From Patescibacteria group bacterium (GTDB lineage: Bacteria; Patescibacteriota; Doudnabacteria; UBA920): a DNA stretch of 64,000 bases. Of the stretch, positions 29,361-37,619 are shown piece after piece (position 1 is the first letter of the stretch; the number at the start of each line of letters is the position of its first letter). The stretch is taken from contig DAIMCS010000005.1 in NCBI GenBank assembly GCA_036726225.1, forward strand, positions 3,808-67,807, written 5' to 3'. The notes beneath the pieces are model-generated. The model saw only the letters and a list, made by a program, of their open reading frames with translations. It was not told where the DNA came from and did not search any database. Made by a program: the position numbers and the translations under genes.

Positions 29361-29975
29361 CTATTTCACTAAAGATTCAGTCTTGAGCGGTCCGGTCGGT
29401 TCGTAGGTTGCAAATATTATGCCCGTAGGTAGAATTTTTGCGTATACCTGTTTGAAGCGTTCCGGTTGTGTGCCATCAGCGAATAATTTTTTGCCGGTGC
29501 CGATAGTAACGGGAAATGTCCAGATATGCATTCGATCTATGAGGTTGTTTTTAAGAAGCGTTTGTATAAGGTTGCTGCTACCGTACATCAACAGGTCAGG
29601 ACCATTTGATTTTTTAAGCTTTTTTATTTCTGCCACTACGTCTCCCGTAATAAGCTCGGAATTGCTCCAAGAGGGTTTAAAAGGTTTATGTGACACAACA
29701 TACTTTTTCGCGCGATCGAACTTCTTTCCCCACCGCGGCTCTGTTTTGTGTTTCGGCCAGTAACCGGCAAAAATATCATAGGTGAGTCTTCCCAAGAGCA
29801 GATCAAAAAGAGCATCCTGTATTTTTGTGTCGAATATATTGTCCCCTTCTTCGCCCCCATAACCGCCCTGCCAACCTCCGTATTTGAACCCTTCAGCTGT
29901 ATCTTCCTTCGAGCCACCGGGAGCTTGCATAACCCCGTCAAGGGTAATCATTGTGGTTGTGATAATTTTTCTCAT
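29361..29975 (-). CDS. Dihydrofolate reductase-like protein (RibD C-terminal domain family)
   Basis: MRKI...TLDGVMQAPGG start, a central GxxxL...VSHK region and a C-terminal YAKILPTGIIFATYEP pattern typical of RibD_C/DHFR-like proteins. Confidence 0.6.
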   Translation of the reverse strand: MRKIITTTMITLDGVMQAPGGSKEDTAEGFKYGGWQGGYGGEEGDNIFDTKIQDALFDLLLGRLTYDIFAGYWPKHKTEPRWGKKFDRAKKYVVSHKPFKPSWSNSELITGDVVAEIKKLKKSNGPDLLMYGSSNLIQTLLKNNLIDRMHIWTFPVTIGTGKKLFADGTQPERFKQVYAKILPTGIIFATYEPTGPLKTESLVK

Positions 29976-30066
29976 AATGTTTTATGGTTAATGTTAAATT
30001 ATTTCAAAAGTTCTTCCATTGGAACGCCTAACGCTTTGTGGCAAATTCTTAAATCTATTTTACCAC

Positions 30067-30930
30067 TTATTCCAAAATCGTGTGAGGCGTGTCGTCTTTA
30101 GGTGACTTCCAAATTGCCTCTAAAATCTTTTTGGCTGTTGTTAGGGTATATTCCGTTTCGGGAGCGAATAAAAACAATCTGCTTCCCGTACCTGCATTGT
30201 CGCCGCTCTTTCCAGCGTTCCGTAAACTCTCACTCCGTCCTTTGGACGGGGTGAGAGTGAGGACGCGGAAACGAGAAAGGCGGAGTTTCTCTTTTAATCT
30301 GTTGTCGCTCCACCACGACCAGTAAATCTTCAATTTATTTACAAACCTCTCGGTCGTCATTGTGCCTCTGTCGGCTTCAAGAAAATAGTTTATTTCCCCT
30401 CCTTCGTGAAGGATTGTAAAAAATGCGTCGGGAACGAGTGAGGGATTTTCGCCGCTCGCTTTTCGCAAAAGTTCTTTCAAGTCGTGTCCTTGAAACCAAC
30501 GGAGAATTTTTATCCCGCTCTCTTCGGTGGCGAGCGTAAGACAAATTCTAAATTGAGAAATCATTAAGGAATGGGCAATCAAGGGGAGTGTTCTTTCATT
30601 TTCCCGCAGACGGCGATAAATCCCTGCACGCTCGGTAGCGTCTTTTGAGAGTAGTTCCGCACCTTTGCGTCCAAGGGTGTAAACCATGTGCAACGAGGAA
30701 AGTTTGGCGGAGGTTTGGCTTTTCGGCCGATCAAGGTAGCCGTGCTGAAAGAGAGAAGCGAGCCGTCGGAGTAGATTCCTCTCTCCGCCTTGGTGCAAAG
30801 CCAAAATCTGGGGAGTGTTCATAAAGCGAAACTCTCCCACCGAGCGTAAGAGTTCAATGTCACGGGGCTGGAGCTGGAGGGGGTCGGCGACCTCGCTACG
30901 GACAAATTTTTTATGTATAAGGTTAGACAT
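30067..30930 (-). CDS. Replication-relaxation family protein (HTH N-terminus), putative mobilization/replication initiator
   Basis: N-terminal LQPRDIELLRSVGEFRFMNTPQILALH is Replic_Relax-like. This family commonly neighbours TraD/VirD4-like ATPases. A TATAAT box lies in 30931-30960. Confidence 0.5.
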   Translation of the reverse strand: MSNLIHKKFVRSEVADPLQLQPRDIELLRSVGEFRFMNTPQILALHQGGERNLLRRLASLFQHGYLDRPKSQTSAKLSSLHMVYTLGRKGAELLSKDATERAGIYRRLRENERTLPLIAHSLMISQFRICLTLATEESGIKILRWFQGHDLKELLRKASGENPSLVPDAFFTILHEGGEINYFLEADRGTMTTERFVNKLKIYWSWWSDNRLKEKLRLSRFRVLTLTPSKGRSESLRNAGKSGDNAGTGSRLFLFAPETEYTLTTAKKILEAIWKSPKDDTPHTILE

Positions 30931-31009
30931 AGAGGAATACCCTAATTATACGCCTACCGACCCCCTCAAACGAGGCCTTCTGCTTCCGTCCTATCCTTTT
31001 TTCTTCGTC

Positions 31010-31299
31010 TTACCCCCCCCACCAACGAGCAAAAAGAATTAGCAGGACGGAAGCAAAGGCCGAGCCACCAGACACGAACCCGTGACATTTTCACGGAGCG
31101 ACGGACGCTAGGAGGAGCGGAGTGAAGTAGGACTGCTTTTTTGTGAGATGGTATTGATGAAAGACCCCGTGTTCACTAGGGCTTTCAGCAATACTCCCTA
31201 GTCATTCGGGCAAGGAGCGAGTGACTACCCGCGTGACTAGGTAAACTAGCCCAAATCTTCCATGAAAATCGTTCGAGCGGTACTATAAAGACGAGCCAA
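31010..31299. repeat. IR-B' (right terminal repeat of the element)
   Basis: Reverse complement of 24801-25091. Ends at the GCCAA core abutting attR. Confidence 0.85.
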
Positions 31300-31341
31300 C
31301 AAAAAACTCATCCACGTTAGGCGGATGAGTTTTTTGTTTTG
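31300..31341 (+). terminator. Displaced intrinsic terminator of tRNA-Gln (right half of the ancestral attB)
   Basis: ctcatcc-acgttaggc-ggatgag hairpin followed by ttttttgtttt, immediately after attR. Confidence 0.55.
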
Positions 31342-31369
31342 CAGCCAAGATAAGTGATATAATAGATTT

Positions 31370-31747
31370 ATGGATTCAGACAAAAAACTTGAAGAACAAA
31401 TAAACGAATATGCCGCGCTTGCCAAGGAAAACCCCAAGATTGATGCAGCGGCCCTAATGGTAAGCGCGCTTCAAAGCCAAAGACCCCAGTCAGTTTCACC
31501 CAAGGCTAAAAGGTGGGCGTATTTAATTTCCATTGGCATACCACCTTTAGGCTTACTGTTCGCCTTAAATTATTTTATGAAAGACGACGACGAATCCAAG
31601 CAAGTGGCCTGGATGTGCGTAATTTTAACAATTGCCGCTATTATTATGTTTTGGCTATTCACCAAACTTTTATTTTCCGGGTCCGGGACTTCCCTGCAGC
31701 AAATCCAACAAATCAAACCTAACGACATATACCAGCTCAGCCAATGA
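31370..31747 (+). CDS. Hypothetical membrane protein
   Basis: Two predicted TM segments. ORF only. Confidence 0.4.
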   Translation: MDSDKKLEEQINEYAALAKENPKIDAAALMVSALQSQRPQSVSPKAKRWAYLISIGIPPLGLLFALNYFMKDDDESKQVAWMCVILTIAAIIMFWLFTKLLFSGSGTSLQQIQQIKPNDIYQLSQ

Positions 31748-32004
31748 ACCTAGAACAAGAAATTCAGACAATTAAAGACAGAAACAGAAATGTGGAGATG
31801 GATAAGGCCTGGGAAACCTCGGCTGTGCGGAGATTTTTTATTGCTGTTGTAACTTATGTTATTGCTTTTGTCTGGCTACTTATGATCCACGACACTACTC
31901 CTTTTTTAAAAGCTTTTGTACCCGCGGCCGGATATATACTTTCCACTCTTTCTCTACCTGTACTTAAAAAATGGTGGCTCACAAAAAATCAAAAACATGC
32001 ATAG
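31744..32004 (+). CDS. Hypothetical membrane protein
   Basis: Two TM segments. Overlapping start/stop with its neighbours. Confidence 0.4.
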   Translation: MNLEQEIQTIKDRNRNVEMDKAWETSAVRRFFIAVVTYVIAFVWLLMIHDTTPFLKAFVPAAGYILSTLSLPVLKKWWLTKNQKHA

Positions 32005-32318
32005 TGGCACTGGAGGACTATATGGATTGCCCATTTCCAATTGGCAGCTTGGTAACCTGGACAGACAATGCCCCTAAAACCTGGAGAACCGTCATTACGC
32101 CGGGACCAATGAAGGTAATTTCTTTTCGCTGGGACGAAGGCCATGCAAGCCTATATTCCATGCAATTTGGCGGAATACCGCGAAGTCCGGGTTGGATCAT
32201 AAATGTTGAATACGACCCCGACTCAACAGACTACTACGATCCCCCGCTAAGTTTGTTGTTTTGGCAAAATACCTTCCAAAAGGAAATTCATGAAATGTGG
32301 CTTGCAAGAGCGGACTAA
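31971..32318 (+). CDS. Hypothetical protein
   Basis: ORF followed by the terminator at 32320-32356. Confidence 0.4.
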   Translation: MVAHKKSKTCIVALEDYMDCPFPIGSLVTWTDNAPKTWRTVITPGPMKVISFRWDEGHASLYSMQFGGIPRSPGWIINVEYDPDSTDYYDPPLSLLFWQNTFQKEIHEMWLARAD

Positions 32319-32319
32319 C

Positions 32320-32356
32320 AAAACCCCCTGTTATCACCGGATAACAGGGGGTCTCT
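32320..32356. terminator. Bidirectional terminator
   Basis: ccccctgttatc-accgg-ataacaggggg. Confidence 0.5.
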
Positions 32357-32365
32357 TTAAAAGCT

Positions 32366-34108
32366 CTACTTAACTATTTCCCTGGTCGGCGCAATATGGT
32401 AGTAGTTTAAAATAAACTGGGCCATTTCTCCCCAAGCCGGGGCTGCCGTGCTTTCGGCATAGCTCACGTCGCGGGGATGGTCAATCCTGACTAACATAAC
32501 AAATTGAGGGTCATCCACCGGGCCATAACCAATAAAAGAACCAATGTTGTTATTTTCTTCGTAGCCCTTGCCGTCTTTTTTTGGGACCTGGGCAGTTCCG
32601 GTTTTACCGGCTAAATAATACCCGGGCACGCCTGCTCTTTTTCCGTGGCCGTTTTCTATAACCGACACCAACATCGCGCCAATGGAATTGGCTGTCCTTG
32701 GCGAAATTACTTCCCTTACCTCACGCGTGGAAGTATTCTCTGTTTTGCCTTCTGCGTAAATTTTAGACTGAATAATGTACGGCTGCATCATTTTGCCCTG
32801 GTTAGCCAAAGCCCCGTAAGCTTGAATAAGCTGGATAGGAGTTACGCTAATGCCCTGGCCAAAACTTGCGGCGTGGTAGTTTACCTGGATATTGCCTTTA
32901 AGTGAATCTAAATTGCCCTGGCTTTCGGGCAATTCCACTTCCGTAGGTTTACCAAAGCCAAAATTTTTAACATATTCCAAAAATTTACTGTTGCCAATTT
33001 GTTCTTTTGCAAAAATCGCGCCGGTATTTAAAGATTCGTCCAAAACTTGCGTCATATTTTGCTTTCCGTGGGCAAGCAAATCCGAATTTTTAATTTTATA
33101 GCCGTCAACCTCCACAATCCCTTCATCTATATATGTGGTTTCGGGGGTAACTTTTTCTTCATTTATTGCCGCTGCCATAGTTATGGGCTTAAATACCGAG
33201 CCGGGTTCGTAGTTGCCCACCATGGCTATATTGGAAAAACTTTTCGGGTCTTCCACTTTGTTATATTCGTTTGGGTTAAAATCGGGAAAATTTGCTATAG
33301 CCAAAACCGCGCCGGTCTTGGGGTTAGCCACAATTATTGAACCGGCGTCAGCGCCGTGCTTGGTTACACTGTCTTTAATTACGCTTTGGGCCTTAAACTG
33401 GATGCTTTTGTCTATAGTTAAAATTAAAGTCGCGCCGTCCACTGCCGGGCTGCCTTTGTTTTCCGCTCCCGCTATGGTTGAACCGCTGCTGTCTTTTTCC
33501 GTTACCAATTCACCCGCCTCACCGGTCAGCTCTTTGTCAAAATATTTTTCCAGCCCGTACAAACCCAGCTTTTGGCTGGATTTGTCCTTGTAGCCCACAA
33601 AACCCACCACCTGGCTTAACAAATTATTTTCCGGGTAAAAACGCGTGTCCTCGGAGTCAAAAAATATGCCGGAAAGTTTTAGTTTAAAAATTTTTGCCTG
33701 CTCTTCCTCGGTCAGTGCTTTTTTTATGGGCACGTATTTTTTATCTAAGCGGGTAATTTTTTCCAAAACCTCATTTTTATCCAGCTGTAAAATTTCAGCT
33801 AAACTGGCCGCAGTCTGGTTGGGGTTGATTACACTGTTTGGCACCGCGTAAACCAAAAAACTTTCCAAATTGGTGGCAACCGCAGTCGTGCCTTTGGAAA
33901 GCGGGTCCATAAGCTTAATTTCGCCGCGTGTGGGAAGCAATTTTCTATAAATGCTGTGCTGGGCGTCGGCCTTCTGTTTTGCTGTGTGCCCGTTTATAAT
34001 TTGCAAACTGAAAAGCTTTGCCAGGACAACAACAAAACAAAGTAACAAAAAAGCGGTCAAAAGGCCGCTCCTTTGGCTGAAAGTAAAATTTTGGCGACGA
34101 TCAACCAT
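32366..34108 (-). CDS. ftsI: Peptidoglycan D,D-transpeptidase (FtsI/PBP2-like class B PBP)
   Basis: N-terminal TM and dimerisation domain. SVFKP (SxxK) and KTGTA motifs. Position downstream of ftsL. Confidence 0.85.
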   Translation of the reverse strand: MVDRRQNFTFSQRSGLLTAFLLLCFVVVLAKLFSLQIINGHTAKQKADAQHSIYRKLLPTRGEIKLMDPLSKGTTAVATNLESFLVYAVPNSVINPNQTAASLAEILQLDKNEVLEKITRLDKKYVPIKKALTEEEQAKIFKLKLSGIFFDSEDTRFYPENNLLSQVVGFVGYKDKSSQKLGLYGLEKYFDKELTGEAGELVTEKDSSGSTIAGAENKGSPAVDGATLILTIDKSIQFKAQSVIKDSVTKHGADAGSIIVANPKTGAVLAIANFPDFNPNEYNKVEDPKSFSNIAMVGNYEPGSVFKPITMAAAINEEKVTPETTYIDEGIVEVDGYKIKNSDLLAHGKQNMTQVLDESLNTGAIFAKEQIGNSKFLEYVKNFGFGKPTEVELPESQGNLDSLKGNIQVNYHAASFGQGISVTPIQLIQAYGALANQGKMMQPYIIQSKIYAEGKTENTSTREVREVISPRTANSIGAMLVSVIENGHGKRAGVPGYYLAGKTGTAQVPKKDGKGYEENNNIGSFIGYGPVDDPQFVMLVRIDHPRDVSYAESTAAPAWGEMAQFILNYYHIAPTREIVK

Positions 34109-34189
34109 AAGCTAAATGAACAAAAATTACAGGAATTAAATTAATTATTTTTGCCAATTTTCTTTTATTTAATTTTGTCGTTATTTTTA

Positions 34190-34567
34190 TTATCTCTGCG
34201 TAAAATGGTTTAGGTCAATTTCCAAAAACCTTGGAGTGCCTGCGGGCACAAAATTAGCCATAGTCGTGCCGTTTTGGACGCTAACTATGGAACCGGATTC
34301 TGCGGCCGTTAAATTCAATTTTTTATTCTCTTCAACTAGAACAGTATGTTTTTTTTCTAAAGATTTCATTACATAACCTTTGGAAGCCAAATCGTTAACC
34401 CCGTAAACATAAGCAAAAAGTAAAGTTATGTTGGCAGCTATTAAAAGGATTGCGAACCTAAACCTGGCGGATGTTTTTTCTTTAACTGCAGCTTTAACTA
34501 ATGTCGGTCTTTTTGTTTTAAATAATCCTGCCGGCCAAAAACCTTCTAAGACAGATGCTTTTAACAT
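34190..34567 (-). CDS. ftsL: FtsL/DivIC-like cell-division protein (single TM + coiled coil)
   Basis: Size, single TM, and position between rsmH and ftsI. Confidence 0.45.
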   Translation of the reverse strand: MLKASVLEGFWPAGLFKTKRPTLVKAAVKEKTSARFRFAILLIAANITLLFAYVYGVNDLASKGYVMKSLEKKHTVLVEENKKLNLTAAESGSIVSVQNGTTMANFVPAGTPRFLEIDLNHFTQR

Positions 34568-34597
34568 TGTTTAAAAATTAATTTTTTTGTTTTGTTT

Positions 34598-35533
34598 TTA
34601 TATTTTTTGAATCGCCCTTAGCTTTGCCGGCTTAGCACGAGGGTTTGTATGTAATTCCTCGGCCGAAGCAAGCAGAACTTTTTTTGTGAGGATTTTCCCC
34701 TGCGGGTTTTTGCCACAAACACACTGCGGGAAATCTAGCGGACAAACACAGCCTTTGCTTAATTGGTTAAAAAACTGCTTTACAATCCTGTCTTCCAAAG
34801 AATGGAAACTCACTATTACCAACCTGCCACCGGGACTTAAAACGTCGAATGCCTTGGGTAAAAATTCTTTTAAATTTTCCAGTTCGTGGTTAACTTCTAT
34901 TCTTAAAGCCTGGAAAATTCTTCTGGCGCTGTCATCTGCTCTGTGTTTAACCGGTTTTGGTAGTGCATCAACAATCACTTGATACAGATCGGTCGTATTA
35001 CTTAGCGCTACACCCTTAGCCCTTAGCCCTAAAATTTTATTAACAATCTGCTTACTAAATTTTTCCTCTCCAAATTCTGTAAAAATTTTGTATAGTTGAT
35101 GTTCGTTGTAATTATTTAAAACAAATTTTGCGTCTATGTGCTCCCCGCTCTGGTTAAACCTCATATCCAGCGGCTGGTCGGTTTGAAAACTCATTCCCCG
35201 ATGTTCCAGTTCGTACGATGACAGACCAAGATCGGCTACTATACCGTTGATATTACTAAATTTGTAATGCTCAACAATTTTATCTACGTGCGCAAAATTC
35301 CCGTGATGTAAAATTAAATTCTTAGCCCTTAGCCCTATACCCTTAGCGCTCTCATCGATTGCGTCTTGGTCCAAATCAATCGCCAAGACCTTCCCATCCG
35401 GCCTATTTTTAGCGATGATGGCCGATGTATATCCCCCGCCCCCTAACGTGGCGTCAACAAAATTCTTGCCGGGGCTAACGTCCAAATATTCAATAACCTC
35501 TTTAAGTAAAACTGGAATGTGTTCATAAGCCAT
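34598..35533 (-). CDS. rsmH: 16S rRNA (cytosine1402-N4)-methyltransferase RsmH (MraW)
   Basis: MAYEHIPVLL...DATLGGGG N-terminus. dcw context. Confidence 0.9.
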   Translation of the reverse strand: MAYEHIPVLLKEVIEYLDVSPGKNFVDATLGGGGYTSAIIAKNRPDGKVLAIDLDQDAIDESAKGIGLRAKNLILHHGNFAHVDKIVEHYKFSNINGIVADLGLSSYELEHRGMSFQTDQPLDMRFNQSGEHIDAKFVLNNYNEHQLYKIFTEFGEEKFSKQIVNKILGLRAKGVALSNTTDLYQVIVDALPKPVKHRADDSARRIFQALRIEVNHELENLKEFLPKAFDVLSPGGRLVIVSFHSLEDRIVKQFFNQLSKGCVCPLDFPQCVCGKNPQGKILTKKVLLASAEELHTNPRAKPAKLRAIQKI

Positions 35534-35618
35534 TTAAATGATTGGCCATGATTGACAAAATTGACATGATTTCCAATCTTGCTCAATCTTTTAATTCTTT
35601 TAAATCTTGATCAATTCC

Positions 35619-36053
35619 TCAAACTCCTAAACTTCCCAATTGCTCTGCTATTGCATTGCTCTGCGCCTCGGTCTGCGTCTTGTAAGCCTGCCAAAGTTCA
35701 TCACTCCAAATTTCTATACGGTTATAAAGTCCGGCAATAACTACCTTCTTGTTTATTCTCGCAAATTCCTTCAAATATTGAGGCAAAATAATTCTGCCCT
35801 GCTTGTCTATTTCGCAGTCCATAGCTCCGGCCAGCATAAGGCGGGAAAAAGCTCTTGTATTGGCAGTAGAAATTGGGAGACTAGCCAATTTTTCCGCCAG
35901 CTTTTTCCATTCATCTAAGCTGTAAAGGAACAACGAATTGTCTAAACCTCTGGTAACCACGACTTTTTTTGATTTCAGCTGCGGTCTAAACTTAGAGGGG
36001 ATGGAAATTCGCCCTTTTTCATCAATATTTGCCTGATATTCTCCAATAAACAT
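35619..36053 (-). CDS. mraZ: Transcriptional regulator MraZ
   Basis: MFIGEYQANIDEKGRISIPSKFR. Duplicated MraZ fold. Confidence 0.85.
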   Translation of the reverse strand: MFIGEYQANIDEKGRISIPSKFRPQLKSKKVVVTRGLDNSLFLYSLDEWKKLAEKLASLPISTANTRAFSRLMLAGAMDCEIDKQGRIILPQYLKEFARINKKVVIAGLYNRIEIWSDELWQAYKTQTEAQSNAIAEQLGSLGV

Positions 36054-36329
36054 ATTAACTCGCTGATTTGTCGCTGATGAGTACGCCGATTTGTCGCTGA
36101 GCGCTTTTTTCAGCGTTTATTCAGCGACTGCAGTCGATCAGCGTAGCTTCAGCGTGTTAAGGTTTTCCACAGCAACACCCACTTATCCCCACTTTCAACC
36201 ACTTTTTACCATTACCTAGGTATTATACTCCACAATTACCCAAAAGTCAAAGCTGTGAAAAAAGTGTAAAACAAAAAAATACCCCTTACACAAGAGGTAT
36301 TTTATAAACTCTATATTTTGTACTAATTC

Positions 36330-36812
36330 CTATCCACAAAGGCTTATTTCATACGCCGCGACGCCAAAAGCAACCGATACATTTAGACTTTCTTTTTTGC
36401 CCAGCATTGGAATTTCAACAACTCGGTCGCATAATTCCAAAATGGGCTTCGATATTCCCCTAACCTCTTCGCCTAAAACCAAAGCCAGCGGGAATTTAGG
36501 TTTGAATTTGCCTATATATATCGAGCCTTTTATGTTTTCCAGCGCAATGATATTAATTTTCTTTAATCTTAAATCTTTAATCAGCCTTACTGCCGAAGCC
36601 TTGTATTCCCACGGCACAAAATTTTCTGCCCCAAGGGAAACTTTGCCCATACGTTTTTTGTGGAATTCGTTTGCCGGCGTGCCGGTATAGCCGGTTAAAT
36701 AAATTTTACTAATACCAAAAGCGTCGGCTGTGCGGAAAATAGAGCCGACGTTAAGTAACGAACGGATGTTATGCGCAATTACAAAAAACTCTTTTGCCGC
36801 TTTCTTCTTCAT
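36330..36812 (-). CDS. SpoU/TrmH/TrmL-family RNA 2'-O-methyltransferase
   Basis: SPOUT motifs: ENIKGSIYIGK...GEE...VAFGVAAYE. Confidence 0.7.
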   Translation of the reverse strand: MKKKAAKEFFVIAHNIRSLLNVGSIFRTADAFGISKIYLTGYTGTPANEFHKKRMGKVSLGAENFVPWEYKASAVRLIKDLRLKKINIIALENIKGSIYIGKFKPKFPLALVLGEEVRGISKPILELCDRVVEIPMLGKKESLNVSVAFGVAAYEISLCG

Positions 36813-36813
36813 T

Positions 36814-37194
36814 TTAGGTGTTAGCAGACAAAATATTTCTTACAATTGCAACAATACTAAAGGAAAGCAGCGCAAAAACCAGGCCTAAAACCGCCCACTG
36901 AATGGTTTTTTTGGCTTTAATCAACCGTTCTTCATTCCCGGCCGAAGAAATCATTTGGAAAGCGCCGACTAAAATAAACAAAACCGAAACTATGGGTATA
37001 ATTTGTAAAATGTCCCGGATAATTAAAATAAAAAATTCCGCTAAATCGCAAGCCCTGCTCAAACAAACCAGCTGGTTTTCGGGCAGCGGATTATATAATT
37101 TTTCGTAAGTTTCGCTGAAATCCGCTGCCCTGCCAAGCAATGGGGCTAAAAGCAAAAAAATAAAAAAATAGACCTTGTTTAAAATTTTACGCAT
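36814..37194 (-). CDS. Small secreted two-helix membrane protein (VirB2/TrbC pilin-like architecture), hypothetical
   Basis: Signal peptide, then two hydrophobic helices separated by a short charged loop. About 126 aa. Confidence 0.3.
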   Translation of the reverse strand: MRKILNKVYFFIFLLLAPLLGRAADFSETYEKLYNPLPENQLVCLSRACDLAEFFILIIRDILQIIPIVSVLFILVGAFQMISSAGNEERLIKAKKTIQWAVLGLVFALLSFSIVAIVRNILSANT

Positions 37195-37197
37195 TTA

Positions 37198-37617
37198 TTA
37201 ATTCAATAAATGTAAATTAACCTTTGGATTATACAGCCGCGTCATTTCCCCGCGTAATTTTGTCAACAACATTTCGCAGGTTGCGGAAATTGTCATCTTA
37301 TACACATGCCCGCCCAGAGTGCTAAAATCTGTACGGCCAAACACGCCATGGGCGTGGATAAAATGCTTGCCTTCTTTTAAGCTGCCATTCCCGTTAAAAA
37401 CCAAAATTTCCAGGTCTTCCGAAAATTCTTTTTTTTCAAAAGTTTTGCTTTCAGACACGTAGCTACCCAGTTCCAATTGGTTTGAGGCGCCAATCGCATT
37501 AAAAACACACGCGTCTATTTCGTGGTTTTTTAAAAATTCTCCCAACGCAAAAATTACTTCTTCGCCTTTCTCAAACCGAAGAACCAGCTTGTCGCTTTCT
37601 TCAAGTATGACCTGCAT
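37198..37617 (-). CDS. PPC/DUF296 domain protein (putative DNA-binding)
   Basis: Length and the GxHxH (HAHGVFG) pattern of DUF296. Confidence 0.5.
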   Translation of the reverse strand: MQVILEESDKLVLRFEKGEEVIFALGEFLKNHEIDACVFNAIGASNQLELGSYVSESKTFEKKEFSEDLEILVFNGNGSLKEGKHFIHAHGVFGRTDFSTLGGHVYKMTISATCEMLLTKLRGEMTRLYNPKVNLHLLN

Positions 37618-37619
37618 AC

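Larger units (their letters stand above)
17162..31299. mobile_element. About 14.1 kb integrative (mobilizable?) element inserted between tRNA-Gln and its own terminator; two arms separated by inverted attP-spanning repeats
   Basis: Large serine recombinase lies at the tRNA-proximal end. attL is CAGCCAA|GACAAAA at 17159-17172. attR is GAGCCAA|CAAAAAA at 31293-31306. The tRNA terminator is displaced to 31300-31341. Internal inverted-repeat structure is described under the IR features below. Confidence 0.7.

Noticed and set aside
17166-31299. Prophage interpretation of the island
   Set aside because: There are no capsid, terminase, portal, tail or lysis genes. The content is recombinase + RM + OLD + coupling-ATPase-like genes.
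31344-31358. gcagccaagataag downstream of the island as a second attR/direct repeat of the tRNA 3' end
   Set aside because: The true right junction is explained by GAGCCAA|CAAAAAA at 31293-31306, abutting the tRNA terminator. This 13-nt similarity is probably coincidental or a remnant.
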